A DNA stretch of 64,000 nucleotides from Polyangiaceae bacterium. GTDB taxonomy: Bacteria; Myxococcota_A; Polyangia; Polyangiales; Polyangiaceae. The DNA is taken from NCBI GenBank assembly GCA_044376115.1, contig JBILLK010000008.1, positions 128,001-192,000 of the forward strand, in the 5' to 3' direction. Each line of letters opens with the position of its first letter. Within the stretch, counting starts at the first letter, position 1. The position numbers and the translations under genes were made by a program. A model generated the notes under the pieces. That model saw only the letters and a list, made by a program, of their open reading frames with translations. It was not told the origin of the DNA and did no database searches. Below, piece by piece: positions 57,660-64,000 of the stretch.

Positions 57660-59699
57660 ATGGCGACCCACACCATTGACCCTACCGTCTCGGCGGCGAA
57701 ACCCAGCCTGACCGCGAGAGTAGAGACGGCGCTCTCACGGTTCTCGGAATTCGCCAACAGCCGTGGGAAGGTGATCATTCTTTGCCTAGTTGCTGGGATG
57801 GCGCTGGGCTCGGTCGCATGGTTCGCGCCACTGTCCCGGCGCTCGCTGTTAGCCACGAACAAGCTCTCATACGAGCAGCAGCTCGCTGCAATCGTGCCTC
57901 CTCTCGCGCTTGGAGCGGTCTTTGCACTTGTGGGTGTTGGCGCTTCCTCCAACTGGATGCAAGGGAAACGTTGGGGAGAACGAGCCAAGCGGTCGGTGCT
58001 CGCGCTTGCGTTGACGTCGCTCTGTTGTCCGCTCGCCATGGCGTTGCTGCCTACCAAAGTGGAGGTTGAGCACCCGTGGTTTACGCTCGCAGCATCGCTA
58101 GTTGCGGGAGCGCTGTCCGGCGTAGCTACCGCAACCTTGCTCGGCGCAAAGGTCGAGCTGAAACCACGAGCAGCCAACCGCTTCATCGGGCCGCTGTTGG
58201 TCTGTGCGATGTGGGCTGGCTATGCCGTTGTCATCAGTCGTCTGGCAATAGCCAATCACCACGCGATGAACACGCGCACCATCGACCTGGGCATATACGA
58301 TCAGATCTTCTACCAGAGCGCGCACGGCAACTTCCTCGGGTGCAACTTCGTACGAGCGAACTATCACGGCTCCGCACACTTCGATCCGATCTTGGTGATT
58401 CTCTCGCCGCTGTACCGCCTCCACCCACGCGCCGAGACCCTGCTCGTCCTTCAAAGCGTTTGGGTGGGATCTGGAGTCATCCCCGTCTACTTACTATTCA
58501 AACGAGCGTTCGAGCGAACCGGCCCAAGCCTGATCGGCGCTGCATGCTACGCGCTGCACCCTGCGATACACGGCGCCAACCTGTATGAATTTCACTCCCT
58601 TACACTGGCTACCGTGCCGATGCTTTGGACGTTGCTCGGCTTCACGGGAGAGAGCAAGTGGCGCTACTGGGGTGCGCTAGCGATCGCGCTGCTGGTCCGC
58701 GAAGACGTTCCGATCATGCTCTCGTTCGTTGGGCTCGCTGGCCTTCTTGGAGCGAACCAACAGCTACGGCTGAGGGGCGCAATGACGGTTGCGGTCTGCG
58801 CCGCGTACTTTGTCATCGTCAAGGCTGTCTTCATGACTTCAAGCGGGGTCCTGATGAAGGGCGGCGCTGAGTCCTACTCATTCTCTTACTACTACGCGGA
58901 CATGATCCCAGCCGGGAAGGGACTCGGCGGAATGGTCCTTACGCTCTTGAGCAACCCAGCGTTTGTCCTGCGCCATGCCCTCAGTGAAGCAAAGGTGCTC
59001 TACGTACTAAAGGTATGTGGGCCGCTCCTCCTTCTGCCAGCGCTGGCCAGGGGACGGCGATGGCACTTTTTCTATGGGGCAACGTTCATCCTTCTGGCGA
59101 CGAGAGAGCCGGTGTTCTCTACGGGGTTTCAGTATTCAGCTTGCCTGCTCCCCTTCTTATTCGCGGCCTTTCCCCAAGGCCTTTCGGCGTGTGCGCAGCG
59201 CCTGCACTCACTTTCATTGTCCTCCTACGCGGCCGCTCAAAAAGGTCTACTCGCTGCCTGCCTCGTTAGCTCCGTGCTCGTCTCCTGGAAGTATGGCGCC
59301 TTTCTTGAGAATGACGCCTTCCGAGGGGGCTTTTCACCGATTGCGCGCAGCCTCACACCCGAACAAAAGACCCGTTTTGAATGGCTTGAGACGACCAAAG
59401 CGATGATCGAGCCGGGAGCCAGTGTGGGGGTGACCAACCGCACTGGCCCACACGTGTCGAACCGCAGTGAGGCGCACTTCTACGGCAAGCGTTGGACCAA
59501 CTATGTCTTCATCGACGAGCGGGACCTGAAGAAGGAGCGCCTTTCGCAGCACCGCTCGGCAGTGAGGGACGGTCGCCTCATTCAGGTTGCCAAACATGGC
59601 TCACTGGTCCTCTTGCGAGCGACCTCGAAGCCAAAGGCGAATGCCGAGGAGGAGGCGATTGATGTCCGCGAACTCTCTGGTGATGAGCCGACGCCATGA
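57660..59699 (+). CDS. DUF2079-like GT-C fold membrane protein
   Basis: DLGIYDQ, HFDPIL, ETLLVLQ, YEFH, LVRED and many TMs. Confidence 0.85.
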   Translation: MATHTIDPTVSAAKPSLTARVETALSRFSEFANSRGKVIILCLVAGMALGSVAWFAPLSRRSLLATNKLSYEQQLAAIVPPLALGAVFALVGVGASSNWMQGKRWGERAKRSVLALALTSLCCPLAMALLPTKVEVEHPWFTLAASLVAGALSGVATATLLGAKVELKPRAANRFIGPLLVCAMWAGYAVVISRLAIANHHAMNTRTIDLGIYDQIFYQSAHGNFLGCNFVRANYHGSAHFDPILVILSPLYRLHPRAETLLVLQSVWVGSGVIPVYLLFKRAFERTGPSLIGAACYALHPAIHGANLYEFHSLTLATVPMLWTLLGFTGESKWRYWGALAIALLVREDVPIMLSFVGLAGLLGANQQLRLRGAMTVAVCAAYFVIVKAVFMTSSGVLMKGGAESYSFSYYYADMIPAGKGLGGMVLTLLSNPAFVLRHALSEAKVLYVLKVCGPLLLLPALARGRRWHFFYGATFILLATREPVFSTGFQYSACLLPFLFAAFPQGLSACAQRLHSLSLSSYAAAQKGLLAACLVSSVLVSWKYGAFLENDAFRGGFSPIARSLTPEQKTRFEWLETTKAMIEPGASVGVTNRTGPHVSNRSEAHFYGKRWTNYVFIDERDLKKERLSQHRSAVRDGRLIQVAKHGSLVLLRATSKPKANAEEEAIDVRELSGDEPTP

Positions 59700-61576
59700 A
59701 GCCCTTCATCCTTCGGCAAGCGACGTCGATGCAACGCCTCTGCCTACGCTCGATGCGGTCAGTCAGCGTCTTGACAGCGATTGCTGTACTCAGCGCCATG
59801 TGGCTCATTGCCACACCAGGGCTAAGCACCGAATCTCCCACGGAGGACGAGTGGGCGCACACCATTCGCGGGATTGCTTGGTGGACGGCGCCGGATACGC
59901 GCCTGCACTATAGTCACCCGCCTTTCGCCAATGCAGTAATGGGGCTGGCCAATGCGTTCGACGACGACAATCCCGACCTTACGACGTTCAAAGGGTGGAA
60001 GACCGCCCATGTAGGGGACCTCGCGCTAGAAGCGATTTCGCGGGAGAACAACGCGCATTATGCGGCTTTTCGTAACAAGCTCACGCGCGCGCGTTACGTC
60101 TCTCTGGGATTTGCGATGGCGGGTGCGCTCTACGCGCTGCTGCTATTTCGGTCCCTGTGGGGAAGGTACGCTGGAGCGCTGGCTTGCGTTCTCATTGGGC
60201 TCCACCCCACGCTACTCGCGCAGGCGCGCTACGTGACAACGGATGGGCCAGCCGCAACACTCACCCTCGTCACCCTCGGTGAGCTCCTGCGCTTCTTACG
60301 TTCGCCAACACGTACCCGGCTTTTTACGCTGAGCACCGCGGCCGGTATCGCCACGATAACCAAGCACAGTTTGATGCTGCTACCGCTTGTGTGCATCGGC
60401 GCAATCGCATGCTTCTTGCTGTTCGGACTTGGGTCCTTCAAGGGCTTGCCCGCCCGCGTGCGCCTTTGGCGCTGGGGTGCGGCGTGTATTGCGATTTCCT
60501 TTGCCTGCCTGTTCACCATCAACGCGGGCTATCGCTTCGAGCGTACGGGACAAACCGTTGCGACCATCTGCGCCGCTCCCGAGCCGCAGTATCAGGTCTC
60601 CAAGAGCTATCACCATCGCGTCATCGAAGAGTCGCCGATCGGCAAGCTCCCCCAATGGCTCCCCGTTCCGCTGCCCTATACGCATATCTTTGGGCTTGCG
60701 TGCGTCCGTGCCTTAAACGCTGGGGGCTACCCGTCCTTCTTTATGGGCGAATCCTACCGCGATGGCCGCGCCTTGTATTTTCCCGTACTCACTGTCTTGA
60801 AGAGCCCGCCGTCGGTGTTGCTTTCGTTTCTGCTGGTGCTCGTCGCCTCTCGCTGGAAGAGAAGGGCACCGGAACCTGAGCACCTTGTACTAGGCGCGGT
60901 CTTCTGCCTACTGCTAGGGCTCTCGATGCTGTCGCGGCTCAATATGGGTATTCGCCATGGGCTGCCTGCGATGATGACACTCACGATGCTGGCCGCGTCT
61001 CTCCTGGGCAGTCGTATGCCGAACCCACAGCAGGCTGAACTCGGCGAACGCAGACCACAGTGGAGAGCTCCAGCGCTCGGTTCAGTTTCAGCCGTAGCGC
61101 TGGTGGCAACCACGCTCATTTCGAGCCTCTCGAGCCGCGAGAGCCCGCTCAATTACTTCAATCTCTTGGTTAAGAACATCGAGCAAGCGCACGAAATCAG
61201 CGTAATCGGGGAGGACTGGGGGCAAGACCGTGCGAAGTTCGCCATCTTGGCTAGGGAGGCAGGGCTCACGCCCCTGTTCTATCACGAACAAACGGCGACG
61301 CGGCGAGCCGAGGCTCGCTACCTTGGTATCCGCTACAAGCCGCTAACTTGCAAATCGCAGCCCCCCCCCGGAAGCTTCGCCGCAGTTCACCAAACGCCGC
61401 TCCGGCAGTCGGCTGGGCGCTGCTTTCGCTTTACGCAAGGGCGAACACCGGTTGCCACGATTCACGACGACATTCTCGTCTATTGGATCCCGCCGAAAGG
61501 GAGCGCGGAGTCACCGAAACAGCAGTCACCAGCCACGGTCGAACCGGAGCAACCCGACTCTGCCGACAGCGAGTAG
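59696..61576 (+). CDS. ArnT/PMT (GT39/GT83)-like glycosyltransferase
   Basis: TEDEWAH, SHPP, VTTD, TKHS, MGIRH and DWGQD. Confidence 0.85.
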   Translation: MKPFILRQATSMQRLCLRSMRSVSVLTAIAVLSAMWLIATPGLSTESPTEDEWAHTIRGIAWWTAPDTRLHYSHPPFANAVMGLANAFDDDNPDLTTFKGWKTAHVGDLALEAISRENNAHYAAFRNKLTRARYVSLGFAMAGALYALLLFRSLWGRYAGALACVLIGLHPTLLAQARYVTTDGPAATLTLVTLGELLRFLRSPTRTRLFTLSTAAGIATITKHSLMLLPLVCIGAIACFLLFGLGSFKGLPARVRLWRWGAACIAISFACLFTINAGYRFERTGQTVATICAAPEPQYQVSKSYHHRVIEESPIGKLPQWLPVPLPYTHIFGLACVRALNAGGYPSFFMGESYRDGRALYFPVLTVLKSPPSVLLSFLLVLVASRWKRRAPEPEHLVLGAVFCLLLGLSMLSRLNMGIRHGLPAMMTLTMLAASLLGSRMPNPQQAELGERRPQWRAPALGSVSAVALVATTLISSLSSRESPLNYFNLLVKNIEQAHEISVIGEDWGQDRAKFAILAREAGLTPLFYHEQTATRRAEARYLGIRYKPLTCKSQPPPGSFAAVHQTPLRQSAGRCFRFTQGRTPVATIHDDILVYWIPPKGSAESPKQQSPATVEPEQPDSADSE

Positions 61577-61643
61577 CCACAAGGTTGCGCTCAAATTCCC
61601 TAATCGTCATCCAAACGTGACGATGAACGGCGAGGATTCTCGG

Positions 61644-63356
61644 GTGAAGAGCCGCATTGCGTCGCTAGCAGGCGTTTTCCTATTGAGTGGCTGCCATCTC
61701 AGTGAAGCTGAGGATCGAGAAACGTTGGGAACAGCTATCTCGGTTGAGCCGCGGCCCTCCCGAATCGTGGTCGCCCTGGTGATCGATCAGCTGGCCCTTT
61801 GGCACGTTGAAGAGAGGTTTCCCGCGCTTCCCGAGAACGGTGGCTTCAAGCGGCTCCGCCGCGAGTCCGACGAGTTCGTGGAGCTGCGCTACGGTCATGT
61901 TCAGACGTCGACGGCGATTGGCCATGCAGCTCTTTTTACCGGTCTGCCGCCACGGGAGAGCCAGATCGTCGCCAATGAGGTTCCAGACCGCGACCTCAAC
62001 GTTCACGCGATCGTGCGCGATGAACGAACGAAGCTCGTGACGGCCGACGGGCTCGTTGATCGAGCAGGCTCATCACTGGCGGTTCTACCGAGCCAGGTCG
62101 AGACCCTCGCGGACGCGCTCCGCCGACAGCGACCTGAGGTCTCGATTGCGTGCCTCTCATTGAAGGATCGCGGAGCGGTGTTTGCTTGCGGACGCACCCC
62201 CGACGCGGTCGCGTGGTTCGATGTGGGGACGAACGGCTTCGTTACCTCGAATGCCTATGGTCCCACATTGCCGTCGCTGCTCTTGCCGTACGGCGTTCCG
62301 TACATTGGCGAGGAGTACCAGGCCACCAGTTGGACCCCGTTGGACCCAAGCTGGTTGGCGCAACACGCACCAGCAAAACCGGTGGGCCAGGGTAACTTCG
62401 AGGGGCTAGGCCGCGGCTTCCCGCATGAACTTTGGAAGACCGAGCGCCCGGCGCGAGCCATGCTCGCGACCCCGATGGGAGATGCCTTGTTGGGCGACGC
62501 AACGCTCGCTCTGCTCGACCGGTTACCGGAGCGGCAGGACGCCTTTGTGGCGGTTTCCTTCAGCTCCTATGACTATATCCATCACGTGTTTGGGCCGGAC
62601 ACTCCGGAGGCTTGGGATGAGCTATTGCGGCTCGACGGCCAGTTGGCGCGACTCTTCGACAAACTCGAATCGCTGTACGGTGCGGAAGGCTACTCAGTCG
62701 TGTTATCGGCTGACCACGGAGGGCCGCGGGCCCCGAGTAAGCACAACGCTTGCGGGGCCGCGGACCCGTTTGAGCGCGCTTGTGGGCAGCCGGTTCGGCT
62801 CCACGCTCACGAGCTCTATCGCATAGCGTCAGCCGCGGCCGCGCGCAGTGTTGGGCCTGGACGCTGGATCGGCGCGGTTAGTGAGCCTTTTGTGCACCTC
62901 TCCGATAACGCCAAGCAACTCCCCGCAACGCAACGGTCCGCCCTCCTTGCTGAGGTAAGCAAGGCGCTCGCGAACATCCCTGGCGTATCGCTTGTCATCG
63001 ACGCGAAGGCTGCCGCTAACCAACCATGCCCCGGCTACGAGAATGACGCGCTGAGCGCGCTCGTGTGTCGCTCGACTACGGCGAACACTGGTGACCTGCT
63101 CATCATTCCAACCCCCGAGGCCTTCTTTGATACCGGCTATGTCGAGGGGGAAGGCTGCAACCACGGGTCGCCTTACCGTTTCGATCGATCGGTGCCCATG
63201 TTCGTGCGTTCCACAGGAGAGCACCGCCAGGTTGGGGATAAGGGCTTCACACCGAGCGGCAAGGTCGACCCGCGCGCGTACGCGGCAACTCTCGCCGCCC
63301 TCCTCAAGATCGCACCGCCTGCTGGCGCCGAAGGTGGCGAGGTCCTTTCCTGGTGA
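61644..63356 (+). CDS. Alkaline phosphatase superfamily lipoprotein (PafA/NPP-like)
   Basis: Lipobox LSGC; VIDQL, TSTAIGHA, SLKDRG, DYIHHVFGP, SADHG, NHGS. Start at the GTG at 61644 (GAGGA upstream) or the ATG at 61623. Confidence 0.88.
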   Translation: MKSRIASLAGVFLLSGCHLSEAEDRETLGTAISVEPRPSRIVVALVIDQLALWHVEERFPALPENGGFKRLRRESDEFVELRYGHVQTSTAIGHAALFTGLPPRESQIVANEVPDRDLNVHAIVRDERTKLVTADGLVDRAGSSLAVLPSQVETLADALRRQRPEVSIACLSLKDRGAVFACGRTPDAVAWFDVGTNGFVTSNAYGPTLPSLLLPYGVPYIGEEYQATSWTPLDPSWLAQHAPAKPVGQGNFEGLGRGFPHELWKTERPARAMLATPMGDALLGDATLALLDRLPERQDAFVAVSFSSYDYIHHVFGPDTPEAWDELLRLDGQLARLFDKLESLYGAEGYSVVLSADHGGPRAPSKHNACGAADPFERACGQPVRLHAHELYRIASAAAARSVGPGRWIGAVSEPFVHLSDNAKQLPATQRSALLAEVSKALANIPGVSLVIDAKAAANQPCPGYENDALSALVCRSTTANTGDLLIIPTPEAFFDTGYVEGEGCNHGSPYRFDRSVPMFVRSTGEHRQVGDKGFTPSGKVDPRAYAATLAALLKIAPPAGAEGGEVLSW

Positions 63357-63359
63357 ACG

Positions 63360-64000
63360 TCATTCGGGCGTACAGCCGTTGCCGCCACAAACATCGATGA
63401 TCTCTCCAGTGCGGAAGAAGTGAAACATCTGCTGATTGTGGTTCGCCAACTTGCGAGGCAAACCGTGCGGATCTCCGACGTCGTCGGCGGGCGGATAGTT
63501 CCCCGGTGCGGGCCAGGGATTGCCAAAGTCATAGTTGACTAGGCCCGAGCCGAGGTGGGGATACGTAGCTTCCGAGATCAGCGGTAGCTCCTTGCCATAG
63601 TCGGGCAATAGAGCGATCCCGACGTCGCTGCGTGCCGCGATCTCATTCGTGAGGTTCGCCACCTGCCAATCAGCCTTCGCCGACGCAAGCAGTACTTCGT
63701 GACTCGGCGTATTGGGGTATGGCTCGGCCGAGATATGGCGATAGTGACTCACTGGATCCGTGCGATCCCACAACCCTTGAGCAGCCGAGAGCAACAGCAG
63801 CTGGTCGCGCGCGTCGGGGTAGTTGATGGTGACGAGCAAGAAGAATGGTCCAAAATCGACGGAGCGCTGTAGCAACGTTGAATAGTTGTTTCCGGGCACA
63901 CCGAGATGACCACGCTTGAGGTCGAGGCTCATCGCCATATGGGTAGCGCCGAAGATGCCGCCTTGTGAAATACCGTGATAGAAGAGTTGTTCTGGGTCAA
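63360..64000 (-). CDS. Alpha/beta hydrolase-like protein, C-terminal part (runs off the window end)
   Basis: The frame extends to QLFYHGISQGGIFG (GxSxG) and ends ...DPHGLPR; similar in type to 38489..40519. Confidence 0.8.
   Translation of the reverse strand, partial: DPEQLFYHGISQGGIFGATHMAMSLDLKRGHLGVPGNNYSTLLQRSVDFGPFFLLVTINYPDARDQLLLLSAAQGLWDRTDPVSHYRHISAEPYPNTPSHEVLLASAKADWQVANLTNEIAARSDVGIALLPDYGKELPLISEATYPHLGSGLVNYDFGNPWPAPGNYPPADDVGDPHGLPRKLANHNQQMFHFFRTGEIIDVCGGNGCTPE

Noticed and set aside
61360..61370. Poly-C tract as a phase-variation site in the ArnT-like gene
   Set aside because: The frame is intact (Pro-Pro-Pro) and a single tract in GC-rich DNA is weak evidence without read-level length variation.

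Overview
A 64-kb gene-dense, GC-rich bacterial chromosomal window. It is probably from a myxobacterium (Polyangiaceae/Sorangiineae-like), inferred from Gly-rich lipoproteins, a Hanks-type kinase, sigma-54 signalling and a myxobacterial-type PilZ protein. It holds about 56 CDS, mostly housekeeping or envelope/signalling genes: two two-component modules, pepP, thiS, larE, an Fpg/Nei glycosylase, an adenosine-deaminase-like enzyme, a MacAB-like ABC exporter, an acyl-CoA ligase, dnaJ, ppsR, two ATP-grasp ligases, an M1 peptidase and a GT2/GT-C glycosylation cluster. I saw no CRISPR array, rRNA, integrase or transposase. The most unusual structure is at 28.7-30.5 kb on the minus strand. A 465-aa protein I cannot assign is followed by a long hairpin and two tandem non-canonical tRNA-like cloverleaves. 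The first is Pro(CGG)-like. The second is Glu/Asp-like and its T-loop is split by a 2x96-bp REP-like insertion bounded by ATTC. Other hand-read signals are four sigma-54 -24/-12 promoters with palindromic candidate enhancers, a DAHL kinase/di-heme peroxidase/sigma-54 module with a stand-alone Fis-type HTH, many apparent leaderless promoters, and one gene broken by an in-frame TAG. All family calls come from motif recognition by eye; no searches were run.
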